A DNA stretch of 64,000 nucleotides, taken from Okamejei kenojei. Its lineage: Eukaryota. The notes beneath the pieces were generated by a model. That model was given only the letters and a program-made list of their open reading frames with translations, ran no database searches and had not been told where the DNA came from. This document shows, one piece after another, positions 1-13,003 of this stretch; the first letter of the stretch is position 1, and every line of letters starts with the position of its first letter. The DNA lies in contig CM069154.1 in NCBI GenBank assembly GCA_035221665.1, positions 6,200,001 to 6,264,000 on the forward strand, written 5' to 3'. Made by a program: the position numbers and the translations under genes.

Positions 1-2009
1 CTGGTCCAACAATGGCAATGACTGCACTTCAGACTAAAATCATTGGGGAAAACGGCTGAAAAGGCCCATGCATGGAGAGGGAGCGCAAATTGGTGGCTGA
101 CCAAGGAGGCTTCCATAAACAAGGTATACAAAGAGTCACTATGTATATGGCACCGACTTACAAACTATTCATTACATCCCTATTGGTCCCCCTTTGTTCT
201 CGTCTCCCCCACCCACCCCCCCCCCCCCACCCCCACTCCATGACCCCCTTTTGTTAACACACCCCCACCCCACGCCAGGTCTGCTATGTTCTCAGCAGCC
301 CCCTACCTGGACCAGTGCTGTGTGTTGCCCCATCTTTGTGCCATAGTTGCATTGAAGGTTTCTCTGCTGTAATCGACAAATCTACTTACTTTGAAGAAGG
401 GACTCGACCTGAAACGTCACACATCCCTTCTCTCCAGAGATGCTGCCTGACCCACTAAGTTATTCCATAACTTTGTCTCCTTAGTTTGCAAACCAGCTTC
501 TGCAGTTCCTCATTTTTCCTTCCTTGTTCCCAATGATCAGCAATTGCCATTAAATTACTGAATCTGGGTCAGCTATGCAAATAGCAGCCATTTTGCTCAA
601 TGCATTGAACGATGCAGTCTCCTTCCTCACACCCATCCCCAACATAGACTGAGAGGAGTTATGTTACAGTGCAAACATCTTCTCTCTACAACTCAAGGTT
701 GTGGGTTCAAATCTCATCACAGCACCTGAGCAAGTAACCCACCTGAACACTTGAGTGCAGAATGAGTGAGCGTGTCGATCTACAAGGCACCTCCAGCATC
801 GCAGGAGACACAGAAAAAAAGGAAACACAAGTTAGAGATGGCAAATATTGCATATTGAAGATGATGAATGTGTACTTGCGCAGAGAATGTTTCTGCTTCC
901 AAGAAAAGCCACGCTGAGATCATGTTGAATATTGAGATTAATAAGACACAATAAAGCTTTTTTTTCTCTTCACTTGTGATAATTTTTGACGAGAGTCAAG
1001 GGCGTTTTATTGTCATATATCCGGTAATAGAACAATAACATTCTTGCTTGTAGCAGTAAAACAGGTTTGTAACCACAGTTTCAGAGTCCGTTTCAGTTTA
1101 GTTTATTGTCACGTGTACTGAGGTACAGTGAAAAGGTTTTGATGTGTGCTCATCAGTCAGCAGAAAGACAGTACATGCTTTCAATTGAGCCATTACAGTG
1201 TATAGATACATGATAAGGGTATAACATTTAGTGCTAGGTTAAGCCAGCAAGTGCTCAATGGATAATATAACAAACAAGTTCAACAAATAAATATAATAGT
1301 GCCTATTGGGATCCATATTCAAACCACTCCTAAAGCCCTGGGTTATCAGCTGCATAGCAGGGTGAGCTGTGAAGAGGATATAGAGAGACATTGTGGAATG
1401 CAGTTTGGTTATGTGATGCACGAGGATGTGGGACAACAGGTGAAGAAAGCAGAAATGCTGAACGGTTTTATAAACGACAAGAGATTGAAATGTCTTCATG
1501 TTTAGTTTAGAGATACAGCGTGGAAACAGGCCCTTCGGCCCACCGAGTCTGCACCACCAGCAATTAACTCTACCCTACACACACTGGGGACAATTTACAA
1601 TGTTACCAAGCCAAATATCCTGCACCTGTATGTCGTTGGGTAAAGGAGCAAACCGGAGATCTCAAAGCAAATCCACGTGGTCACGGGGAGAATGTACATA
1701 CTCTATACAGACAGCACCTGTAGTAGGGATCAAAGGTAGACAAAAGTGCTGGAGAATCTCTTCAATCTCAGTGGGTGCAGCAGCATCTATGGAGCGAAGG
1801 AAATAGGCAACGTTTCGGGCCGAAACCCTTCTTCAGACCTGGGTCTCTGGCGCTGTAAGGCAGTAACTCCACCGCTGCGCCTCCGTGCTGTCGAGCAGAA
1901 GGGCACAGATATCCCTGTACATGAATCATTGAAAGTTGACCAATTGTGCAGATATTAGGAAGGCAAACAGCAAGTTGGAAATTCTTGCAAGAAATTTGAG
2001 ACATTGGAC

Positions 2010-3315
2010 AAAGTCAGCATGGACTTACGAAAGGTAAATCATGTCTGACGAATCTTATTGAATTTTTTGAGGATGTAACTAGCAGAGTGGATAAGGGAGA
2101 AGCAGTGGATGTGTTATATCTGGACTTTCATAAGGCTTCCGACAAGGTCCCACATAAGACATTAGTATACAAACCTAAAGCACACGATATTGGCGGTTCA
2201 GTATTGATGTGGATAGAGAACTGGCTGACAGACAGGAAGCAAAGTTTAGGAGTGAATGGGTCCTTTTCAGGATGGCAGGCAGTGACTAGTGGGGCGCCGC
2301 AAGGCTCAGTGCTGGGATCCCAGCTATTTACAATATATATTAATGATTTGGACGAGGGAATTGAATGCAACATCTTGAAGTTTGCGGATAACACTAAGCT
2401 AGGGGGCGGTGTTAGCTGTGAGGAGGATGCTAGGAGGCTGCAAGGTGACCTGGATAGGCTGGGTGAGTGGGCAAATGCATGGCAGATGCAGTATAATGTG
2501 GATAAATGTGTGGTTACCCACTTTGGTGGCACAAAACAGAAAGTAGACTATTATTTGTATGGTGGCCGATTAGGAAAAGGGGAGATGCAACGAGACCTGG
2601 GTGTCATGGTACACCAGTAATTGAAAGTAGGCATGCAGGTGCAGCAGGCAGTGAAGAAACGAATAGTATGTTAGCATTCATAGCAAAAGGATTTGAGTAT
2701 AGGGGTAGGGAGGTTCTACTGCAGTTGTACAGGGTCTTGGTGAGACCACACCTGGAGTATTGCGTACTGTTTTGGTCTCCAAATCTGAGGAAATACATTC
2801 TTGCGATAGAGGGACTACAGAGAAGGTTCACCAGACTGATTCCTGGGATGGCAGGACTTCCATATGAAGAAAGACTGGATAGAATCGGCTTGTACTCGCT
2901 ATAATTTAGAATATTGAAGGGGGATCTTATAGAAACTTACAAAATCCTTAAGGGGTTGGACAGGCTAGATGCAGGAAGATTGATCCAGATGTTGGGGAAG
3001 TCCAGGACAAGGGATCACAGTTTAAGGATAAGGGGGAAATCTTTTAGCACCGAGATGAGAAAATTATTTTTCACACAGAGAGTGGTGAATCTCTGGAATT
3101 CTCTGCCACAGAAGGTAGTTGAGGCCAGTTTGTTGGCTATATTTAAGAGGGAGTTAGATGTGGTCCTTGTGGCTAAAGGGATCAGGGGGTATGGAGAGAA
3201 GGCAGGTAAGGGATGCTGAGTTGGATGATCAGCCATGATCATATTGAATTGCGGTGCAGGCTCGAAGGGCCGAATGGCCTACTCCTGCACCTATTTTCTA
3301 TGTTGCTATGTTTCT
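2010..3315 (+). mobile_element. CR1 LINE, 5'-truncated (RT and 3' UTR)
   Basis: YLDFHKASDKVPH, SGAPQGSVLG, KFADNTKL, LVRPHLEYC; tail ttttctatgttgctatgtttcta. Confidence 0.9.
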
Positions 3316-5332
3316 AAGTATATTGACACTTTGGTTCAATTATATAGGGTTCTGTTGAGACTGCATCTGGAATGTTTTGCATGTTTGGTCACCATATTTA
3401 ATGATGGATATACTTGCAAATAGTGCAGTCAAGATTCATCAGAGCTGCTGCCTCACAGAACCAGAGGCCCAGGTTCAATTCTAACGATAGGTTCTGTCTG
3501 TGAAGATTTTGCATATCCTCCCTGTGACTGAGTGGGTTTTCTCTGGGTGCTCTGGTTTCCTCCGGCATTCCAAAGTTTTGTAGGTTGTTTGGCTTCTATA
3601 ACTTCTCCCCAGTTTGTAAGATGTGAAAGTGGGATCACATAGAACTAATACAAAGGTATAAGATGGTCCGCATAGTGGGCCAATGAGCCGGTTTCAACTG
3701 TATTTAAACTAAACTAAAAATTCAGCGGTCTATAGTCTGATGAAGAAGGGTCTTGACCCAAAACATCACCTATTCATTTTCTTCGGAAAGCTGCAAAATG
3801 TTCAGCGCATAATAATAGGGCCAGTATTGGAATATAGTCACGTAAACACACTCTCTCTGTAACATGGTACTGCACAAATCATCACCAATGTGTCCAATGT
3901 GTACTTCAAATAGCCCTTGCTTTACCTCTGTCTCCATCCCCTCCCCTTTCCCAGTTCCCCGACCAGTCTTACTGTCTCCGACTGCATTCTATCTCTGTCC
4001 TGCCCAATCCCCTGACATCAGTCTGAAGAAGGGTCTCGACCCGAAACTCTACCCTTTCCTTCTCTCCAGAGATGCTGCCTGTCCCGCTGAGTTACTCCAG
4101 CATTAGTGTCTACCAGCGGTATGATTATTGATTTCTCTAACTGCAAGGAACCGTTGCATTCCCTCTCTCTCCTTCTCCCTCCCCCACCCAAATCTTCTTG
4201 CTAATTTCACCGTTTTTTATTCCATCATTATCACCTCATCCCCAGCCAACAATGGACCATTGTGGACACTACCTTTCTTGAGTTATCGATGTGGACTCTG
4301 CGTTGTTCTGTACTTTCCCATACCTCTAGTTTCCCCCTCCCTGACTCACAGCCTGATGAAGGGTCTCGACCCAAAATGATTCCTATGCCAATTTCTCCAG
4401 AGATGCTGCCTGACTCGCTGAGTTACTCCAGCATTTTGTGTCTATCCTAGACTATGATTGATTGTGAAATAAGCAATATGGGAGTTTATTTTTAGAAAGT
4501 TTATCTAAGTAATAGCTTCAAAGTGTAGATGCACCCATTCCGTTTTGTAAACACTTTAACAGTTTCCTAGTTCTTATTAAAAGCTGTTGTGGAATAACAT
4601 TGTCTCCACATAGGTTATCTCCAAATTATACTACACCGATTATTTAATATATGATGTATGAAAGATAAAATGGCTCCAGATCATGGGTGAAGAAATGAGA
4701 AACTTGACTGTTTCAACAGCATTCTCGACATTAGTAATGAGTTTTCATGTATCATATATATGGTCTATGGTATACAGACGCAGTTAGCTTTTACCTCTTG
4801 TTCTGTATTATGTTTACATAATCTGTTGTGCTGCAGCAAGCAAGAATTTCATTGTCCTATCTGGGACACATGACAATAAAACTCTCTTGACTCTTGACTC
4901 TTTTTCCATTCTTTGCTAATCTTGGTGTAGTACACGGTAACCCTTCTGTCTCCTTTGTCAAATGGAACCTGCCAATGTCACTGATTGTCAAAGCCATATT
5001 GTATGGCCTTGAACTCAATGTCCTTCTTGGCCATTACAGGCAGACAATTAGTGGTCACACATTTTGGTGGGTTTGGAAGGTGACATAAAGAGGAGAGAGG
5101 GAGAGGGGGGGGGAGCTGAGACAGGGGCAGTTGGTGGCAGATGCACCCAGAGAAAGTGAGGGATGATGGGTGGAAGATGAGGAGGGGTGAGATTTGAGAC
5201 AAGAGGCCAGTGTCTGGTTGGGGAAAAAGACAAAGGAATAAACAAGGTTCAAGTGAATTAGATGGAGATATCTGGTGGTCTTTAGACTCACCGTGCAACA
5301 GTACCTCCAATACTACCTCACTCTCTCTGTAG

Positions 5333-5645
5333 GTAGCACGGTGGCACAGGGGTAGAGTTGCTGCCTCACAGCTCCAGAGACCCAGGTTTGATCTTGACTA
5401 CAGGTGCTGTCTGAAAGGAGTTCGTACGTTCTCCCTGTGACCATGTGGGTTTTCGCCACTTGCTCCGATTTCCTCCCACGCTCCAAAGACGTGCAGGTTT
5501 GTAGGTTAATTGACTTCACTAAAAATGTAAATTGTCCCTAGTATGTGTAGTGGGATAGTGCCAGTGTCGGGAGATCACTAGCTAATGTGGACTTGGTGGA
5601 CAGAAGATCCTGTTTCCGCGCTGTATCTTGAAAGTAAAGTGTAAA
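5333..5645 (+). mobile_element. tRNA-derived SINE (HE1/V-SINE-like); related copies near 1500-1890, 3445-3720, 9357-9670, 14140-14415, 28710-28980, 43240-43445 and 58225-58495
   Basis: gcacggtggcacaggggtagagttgctgcctcacagc head with a B-box-like ggtttgatc; short-repeat tail. Confidence 0.75.
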
Positions 5646-6836
5646 GTCAGTTCTTCAAGGCAGTGGAGGGTGACCCAGGGATTCATCCTAGATCTCTGGA
5701 GTGGAAAGTAACCCTAGAATGTACTGACCCGGGTGGGGGGAGTACAGACATGGCTGGTCCAACAATGGCAATGACTGCACTTCAGACTAAAGTCATTGTG
5801 GCTGAAAAGGGCCATGCATGGAGAGGGAGAGCAAATTGGTGGATGATCAAGGAGGCTTCCCCTCCCCCCCTCTCATTACCACCTCCCCCTCCCTTTACTA
5901 CACCCCCCCCCCCCCACCACCACCCCTCTCTGCCAGCTTTCCCCTTCCTACTAAAGTTTGCCTGGATAAAGGTCCTGACACAAATCATCACCTGCCCATT
6001 CCCCCCACAGATGCTGCCTGATCTGCTGAGTTACACTTTTTTTTAAATACAAATACTTTTACTCAGAAACAAAACAAACATACAAAAAGAAGTAACACGA
6101 TCAAAACAGCCTTTGTGCCATGTTACAAAACAACAGTCATCAATTTAAAAATAACGTTGTCATCATCGGTATTACATTCGACCTCCCGCGGCGACCAGCG
6201 TTCATGGAAGGCCTGCAAAGTCACTGAGTTACACCGGGACTTTGTGTTGGGCTCAAAGGTAAGTGAATGTCCAGACACGGGTTCGACCATTCGGCCCCAC
6301 GCTAACAGCCATTTCACCCATGCCTCTTCCTCCCTTTCCCCCCAGTCTACTGCCAAATATACCCCTCCCTCTGACTTTACATTTCGCTTCTCTGCTCTCT
6401 TACCTTACAACCTTTGGACCAATTTTCACCTCCAGTCTTTGTCCACCCGTGAACCAGTCAAAATTACCCCCTCATCTGTGTCCACTTGTTGTGATGCCTG
6501 TCCCGCTGAGTTACTCCAGCATTGTGTCCCTATCTTTCACCTGTCACTTGCCAGGCTTTATCCCATCTCCACCTCTCTGCTAGCTTTCCCCCACTCTACT
6601 TTAATCAGTCTGAAGAAGGGTCCCAACCCGACACGTCACGAGTCCATTCCCTCCACAGATGCAGTCTGATCTGCTGAGTTACACCGGCACTTTGTGTTTG
6701 GCTCAAGGGTAAGTGAATGTCCACACACGGGTTGGACCATTCGGCCCATCGTTGCTTCGGGGAAGAGTGGGTGGGCCAGCATAAGCTGTGTTAAGTAGAT
6801 TTGTCCTGTACATGTTCTGAACATTTTTCCTCTCAG

Positions 6837-7157
6837 TTTCAGGTGCACTGTGGGCAACGAAAACTGTAAGAGGAGTTGTGGGAAAAGATATCACAATCGA
6901 TTGTTACTATGCAGCAGTGCACCGCTCATCCACAAAGTACTGGTGTCACGGGTGGACTCGCTGGTGCACAGTTTTAGTGGAAACAAAAGGGCAACACGGA
7001 CGGAGTGGAAGAGTGTCAATCGCAGATGACAGGGCACGAGGAATATTTACTGTGACTGTGGAGGATCTTCACTCTGGAGATACAGGATGGTACAGCTGTG
7101 GAATTACTACACCTGACCTTGATCCAATGTTTGAGGTTCATCTCCAAGTATCTGACG
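6837..7157 (+). CDS. Gene 1 V-type Ig exon, CD300/pIgR-like (MDIR-like receptor)
   Basis: Acceptor tttttcctctcag|TTTCAG (alternative in-frame AG at 6842); donor GAC G|gtacgt; phase 1/1. Encodes (V)SGALWATKTVRGVVGKDITIDCYYAAVHRSSTKYWCHGWTRWC...DTGWYSCG...LQVSD, with the KYWC-x6-C extra cysteine pair typical of CD300/pIgR V domains. Confidence 0.9.
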
Positions 7158-7734
7158 GTACGTTTCGCAGCGATTGACTTGACGTCTCCACTGAAATGCC
7201 TAATCCATGTTTTCTCCGGGAAGGGTTAGGGCAGCCCCGATACCCCGAGGCTCCGCAGCAGTGCAGAGACCTGCGGGGAGCGGGCGGGGGTCGGGAAACC
7301 CCAACTCATGTTGCTCTCACCCAGTGCGGGCTCTGTCCCACTGAGCGGCCACCGACTTCCACTGGGAAGCTCAGCACATTCCCGGCCTCTGAACTGTATG
7401 AAATGTCACTCTGTCAGAGGTTTGCATTCCGACTCAAACTAATAATCGGACAGGAACAGATCAGTGAGAAACAAGTGCATCAAATGTATCAAAATGTCCT
7501 TACTGTCCTGGGACTCCTCCGTTGCTAGAGTGAGGCCAGACGCGAACTGGAGAAACAACACTTCATATTTCACTCGGACAGCTTGAGCGTTGAATTCTCC
7601 ATTTTTAACTAACGAACAAATCCTGCCCCATTTCCATCCAATCTGAATGTGCACACATGTCTTCCACATTCCCATCCTCCGCTCCCCCTCCGTCCATTCC
7701 CTGGCAATCCCCATCTCCAAGGTCCATCTCCATC

Positions 7735-8485
7735 CACTGTGGCAAGAGCAGGAAGTCAGATTATTATCTCAATGGTAGATTAGGAGAAGGGGAGTTGCAA
7801 CGAGACCTGGGTGTGCTTGTACATCAGTCACTGAAAATAAGCCTGCAGGTACAGCAGGCAGTGAAAAAAGATAATGGCATGTTGGCCTTTATTGGGAGAG
7901 GATTTGAATTTAGGAGCAAGGAGTTACACAGGGCCCCGGTGGGACCGGGAGTATTATGTGCAATTTTGGTCCCCCAATTTGATGAAGGACATTATTGCTA
8001 TTCAGGAAGTGCAGCGTAGGTTCACCAGGTTAATTCCCGGGATGGCGGGACTGACATATCATGAAAGAGTAGATCGACTGGGCTTGTATTTGCTGGAATT
8101 TAGGATGAGAGGGGAATATACAGAAACATATAACATTCTTAGAGGATTGGACAGTGTAGATACAGGAAAATGTTGAGTGAGTCCTGAATGTTGGGGGAGT
8201 CCAGAACCAGGGGTCACATTTTCAAAATAAGGACTGAGATGAGGAAAAACTTTTTCAGCCAGGGAGTTGTGAATCTGTGGAATTCTCTGCCACTGAAGAC
8301 AGTGGAGGCCAATTCACTGGATGTTTCCAAGATATAGTTTGATTTAGCTCTGAGGGCGAAGGGAATCAAGGAATAGGCAAAAAGCCAGAACGGGGTACTG
8401 ATCAACCATGATCATATTATATGGCGGTGCTGAATCGAAGGGCAGAATGGCCTGCTCCTGCATTTATTTTCTATGTTTCTATGGC
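7735..8485 (+). mobile_element. CR1 LINE 3' fragment
   Basis: QRDLGVLVH, QRRFTRLIPGM and CR1 3' UTR. Confidence 0.85.
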
Positions 8486-8513
8486 ACCTATGTCCCTTCC
8501 TCTCAACCTCTGC

Positions 8514-9355
8514 CTCACCTGGAATGACTGCTTAGGTTCTTGGATGAAGTTAAGGGGGGAGGTAAAGCGACAAGTGTAGCATGCCCTGGAGTTGCAAGGG
8601 AAAGTACCATGGGAGGTGGTTTGGGTGGGAAGGGACGAATTGACCAGGGAGTTACGGACGGAGCGGTCTCTGCAGAAAGCCGAAATGGGAGGAGATGAGA
8701 AGATATGGCCAGAGAAGTGGGATCCCGTTGGAGGTGGAGAAAATGTCGGAGGACGACATTATCAGTTGAACGACAGATAATCAACAGATTATCAAAAGAT
8801 AATCCTCCGACATTTTCACCACCTCCCCATATGCAGTCTTTCCAGGTGAGGCAGAGGTTCACCTGCACCTCCTCCAACTTCATCAATTGCATCCACTGCT
8901 CTGGGTGTCAACTGCTCTACATCGGTGAGACGAAGCGCGGGCTTGGTGATCGGTTCGCCCAACACCTCACACAGTTCGCATTAACCAACCTGATCTCCCG
9001 GTGGCTCAGCACTTCAACTCCACCTCCCATTCCGAATCTGACCTTTCTATCCTGGGCCTCCTCCATGGCCAGAGTGAGTCCCACTGCAAATTGGAGGAGC
9101 AGCACCTCATATTTTGCTTGGGCAGTTTACACCCCAGCGGTATGAACATTGACTTCTCCAATTTCAGGCAGTCCCTGCTTTCTCCCTCTTCCCCCTCCTC
9201 TTCTCAACTCTCCCACAGCCCACTGTCTCCGCCCCTGCCTTTCTTCATCCCCACCATCGGTCTGAAGAAGGGTCTCGACTCGAAACGTCGCCTATTTCCT
9301 TCGCTCCATAGATGCTGCCTCACCCACTGAGTTTCTCCAGCATTGTTGTCCACCT
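8514..9355 (+). mobile_element. Penelope-like element fragment (GIY-YIG) with an inverted 5' part
   Basis: CSGCQLLYIGETKRGLGDRFAQH, KLEEQHLIFCLGSLHPSGMNIDF; 8514-8770 is in the opposite orientation. Confidence 0.8.
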
Positions 9356-9672
9356 TCAGTTTAGTTTAGAGATACAGCACGAAACAGGCCCTTCGGCCCA
9401 CCGTGTCCGCGCCAAACAGCAATCCCCGCACATTAACACCATCCTACACCCACTATGGATATTTTTTACATTTACCAAGCCAATTAACCTACAAACTTGT
9501 ACGTCTTTGGAATGTGGGAAGTAACCGAAGATCTCGGAGAAAACCCACGCAGGTCACGGGGAGAACGTACAACTTCTGTACGGACAGCACCCATAATCGG
9601 GATCGAACCCGGGTCTCTGGCGCTGCATTCGCTGTAAGTCGGCAACTCTACCGCTGCGCCACCGTGACTGCC

Positions 9673-9720
9673 GAAACAAATGAGCAACATGGATGCAGTG
9701 GAAGAGTGTCAATGACAGAT
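9673..9720 (+). pseudogene. Fragment of a V exon
   Basis: ETNEQHGCSGRVSMTD matches ETNGQHGRSGRVSITD of the intact V exons; no splice sites; abuts a SINE. Confidence 0.75.
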
Positions 9721-9849
9721 CAAGGGTAACCCAGACATGGGTTGGACCATTCGACCCATCGTTGGGTAGGGGAAGAGTTGGTGGGCCAGCAAACGCTGTG
9801 TAATCCTGTCATGCCACCCCCCTTTTTGAAAAGCTTCGCCTGGGCCCGC

Positions 9850-10600
9850 GGTAAGCAGATTAAACTCATCTTTCGCCCCATTAGCCATCGCACACAGCAT
9901 ATAATCCTCTAACATTTTCGCCACCTACAACGGGATCCCACAACTAGCCACATCTTTCCATCTCCACCTCTTTCTGCTCTCGAGATCGTTCCCTCCGCAA
10001 CTCCCTGGCCAACTCGTCCTTTCCCACCCAAACCACCCCGTCCCCAGGTACCTTCCCCTACAACTGCAGCAGATGCAACACCTGTTCCTATACTTCCTCC
10101 GTCCACTTCGTCCGCTCCGTCCTAGGAATCCAACAGTCTTTTCAGGTGAGGCAGAGGTTCACTTGCATCTCCTCTAACCACATCTACTATATCCGCTGCT
10201 CCAGGTGTGAACAAGCGGATATAGTAGATGGGAGACCAAGCGCAGACTCGCCGATCGTTTCGCTCATCAACTCCGCTCACTCTGCCTCGGCCTACGCTAC
10301 TTCACGATTGCTAAGCACTAATTCCCCCTCCCAGTCCCAAACTGATCTTTCTGTCCTGGAACTCCTCCACTGTTAGGGTGAGGCCAAATGCAAATTAGAG
10401 GAACAGCACCTCATATTTCGCTTGGGCAGCTTACAACCCAGCGGTTTAAATATTCACTTCTCAAATTTCAAGTAACCATTGCTTTACTCCTGTCTCCACC
10501 TCGCCCTGGTTCTCCATTTAGTTTCACTGTCCTCCTGATTATATTTTACTGATTGCATGCCTCGTTGTCACCTTCCCTTCATCTGACAATGATCCATTCC
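9850..10600 (+). mobile_element. Penelope-like element fragment
   Basis: RQRFTCISSNHIYYIRCSRC; shares a diagnostic variant with 53255-54190. Confidence 0.8.
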
Positions 10601-10714
10601 GTGTGCGGACGCGGCGCCGACAGACAAGAAGCAAAGAAGCCGAAGCAAAGAAGCCGAAGCCAGTCCAGTCACCTATGGCTTGTGTGTGGGGAAATTAACC
10701 CCACGATCCCGTCT

Positions 10715-10821
10715 CCGCCTTCTCTCTTCCCTCTTCTCTCTCTCCCCCCTCTCTCTCCTCCCCTCTTATCTCTCTCCTCCTCTCTCTCCCCTCTTCTCTC
10801 TCTTCCCCTCCCCATCTCCCC

Positions 10822-10870
<49 letters not shown>

Positions 10871-10925
10871 TCCCTACCTCCTCACTCTCTCCCTTTCTCT
10901 CCCCCTTCTCTCTCTCCTCCGTCTC
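10715..10925. repeat. CT-rich and poly-C low-complexity tract
   Basis: (CT)-rich run with a long C homopolymer around 10823-10868. Confidence 0.9.
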
Positions 10926-11929
10926 CACCCGCGGGAGCGTCCCCACAGTCACTGACCGCGATGCACCGCTATCGGACCCCACCCTACACACCAGGGTGAT
11001 CCCCGCCCCCCCACCCCCCCCCCTCCGACCCCGGACTTTGTCACCCACACCAGGGTGATTCACCCCGGCCGCGGGGACAGACGGTTTATTTATTACCATC
11101 TCGGTGTTTGCTGAACGCACCCAAGCTCCCACGCACAAAACAGACAGCATCTCTTTTTAAGGCAGAAGGCAGTAATTTGATGGAATGCCGTTGCGATAAG
11201 TGCTGGTCATTTATAACCAAGGATATACAATTTCACGATCATGGCAGGATTACAAACGTGTTAGTTTGTGTGAATCTGTGGAGGAACTCCAGTAATCTCA
11301 CAAAATTTAAGTGAGTCTACTTGCACGTCGGTACATAAATTATAACTCTTATTTTTCTCAAAGTGAGTTGTGAAACGTAGCTCCCAGCTGGCGTGGAGAC
11401 GCTCAGAGGGGAAGTCCAGAAGAGAATGTGAATGGTTTACATCAGCGAGGCCAAGCAAATCCTCGGCCACAGTTTCGCTGACCACTTGTGCTTGGTCTGT
11501 CATGACCCAGAATCGCGCTTGACAGACACCCCATCCTCAACCTCCCCCGCTGATGCAGAGCAGCAGCAGTTTGCACCATCTGCACAATGCACTGCAGCAA
11601 CTCACCAAGACTCCCCAGGCAGCGCCTTCCAATTGCAACAGGCTCCGTGTTCAATGCATTGTTCTTCCCCATTCACACCCACATTGGCTGGGAAGCGATT
11701 TGGAACGACCTGTGCAGATGGTGAGGGACGGTGTACAGTATCTGTCTCTCATCGCAATCTAGGTGGAATTCAACAGAGTCACTATCAACAATTTTATACA
11801 AGGAAATTAAAAAGTTGTTGATAGTGATACTTTTGCACTAATTGCGTGTTTGAATGTTGGTATTGTAGAATTGTGGCAGAGTTTCAGATTCAAAGAAGAT
11901 TAACTGCAGATGCTGGAATTGTAAAACAA

Positions 11930-12317
11930 AAGGAGATGGTGCTGCTGTGTACTGGTACAGTGGCACACATGGTAGTTCTGGCAGCTGGGAGGATGGAGAG
12001 ACACTGACATGTATAAATCTGGTAAATGGGTTGTGAGGAGAAGGAGCTTTCTGACGGGTAATTTGGCTGTCGCTTTGAAATGTAACGTTTGAGTAGCTGA
12101 CATTGTCCTCCTTTGCACTAGGAGTGTCCCTGTCGATTTCCTTCATAATTGCACTGCTGCATACACAGTTTGATTTTGATTAGACAAATGGGCACCTTCC
12201 TTGTTGCTTTCATGTCCGACAGTGTTGCAGTGGTGTTGGCTCGAAGGGCCGAATGGCCTCCCCTGCACCTATTTTCTATTTTCTATAACCAATGCTCCCT
12301 TTTCCTGCTGGCAACTC
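11930..12317 (-). pseudogene. Inverted relic cytoplasmic exon encoding ITSM/ITIM motifs
   Basis: Minus-strand acceptor tcattttctcttttattttccag|GA GTT GCC...; GVASRKREHW-[short CR1 3' tail]-CNTVGHESNKEGAHLSNQNQTVYAAVQ-(frameshift)-MKEIDRDTPSAKEDNVSYSNVTF; the lower-coordinate end is approximate. Confidence 0.7.
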
Positions 12318-12379
12318 CTGGAAAATAAAAGAGAAAATGAGCTTTATATGATGATTTGTCTGATTTGTGATCGGTTTTA

Positions 12380-12885
12380 ATCAACATGTTGTAGGAAAGA
12401 TGTCAAGTTGAAAAGGGTGAAGAGAATATTTACAAGAATGTTGCCAAAACTTGAGGGCCTGACCCAGAGGGAAAGGTTGAGCAGGCTAGGACTTTATTCC
12501 TTGGAGCGCAAGAGGATGAGGGGTGATCTTATAGAAGTGTACAAAATCATACGAGGAAGAAATCAAGTAAATGCACAGAGCCTTTTGCCCAGGGCAGATG
12601 AATCGAGAACCAGAGGGCATTGTTTTAAGTGGAGGGGGTTATGATATAACAAGATCCTGGGGAGTAACTTTTTTTTAAACAAAGGGTGGTGGGTAGATGA
12701 AATGAGCTACTGATGGAGGTAGTTGAGGCAGGCACGTTTATGAAACATTTGGACAGGTACATGAATCGGATAGGTTTAGACGGTTATGGGCCATGCACAG
12801 GCTTGTAAGACAAGTGTCGATGGGGTGTGTTGGTCAGCGCGGGCAATTTGGGCGGAAGGGCCCGTTTCTACGCTGTATGTATCTG
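12380..12885 (+). mobile_element. Old CR1 3' fragment upstream of the C2 exon (same insertion at about 56480-56960 and partly 21745-22640)
   Basis: RLGLYSLERKRMRGDLIEVYKI; same position relative to C2 in all three genes. Confidence 0.75.
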
Positions 12886-13003
12886 TGCCAATATGAAAGA
12901 TTCCAAACTGGTGGCTCTGGCTGAGATAAAGATGAGGTGAAAATTGTAGTGTCTCATTTTCAAATGCTCACTCAGTGTCTCACTACCTGCTCCATTCCCA
13001 CAG

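Noticed and set aside
5333-5420. tRNA gene
   Set aside because: It is the tRNA-derived head of a multi-copy SINE.
10553-11150. Proline- or glycine-rich ORFs
   Set aside because: Translations of poly-C/CT tracts; likewise near 5860-5930 and 33480-33560.
11935-11970. Plus-strand AAVYWY resembling an Ig V F-strand
   Set aside because: No Cys or surrounding Ig frame; the region is better explained by the minus-strand relic exon.
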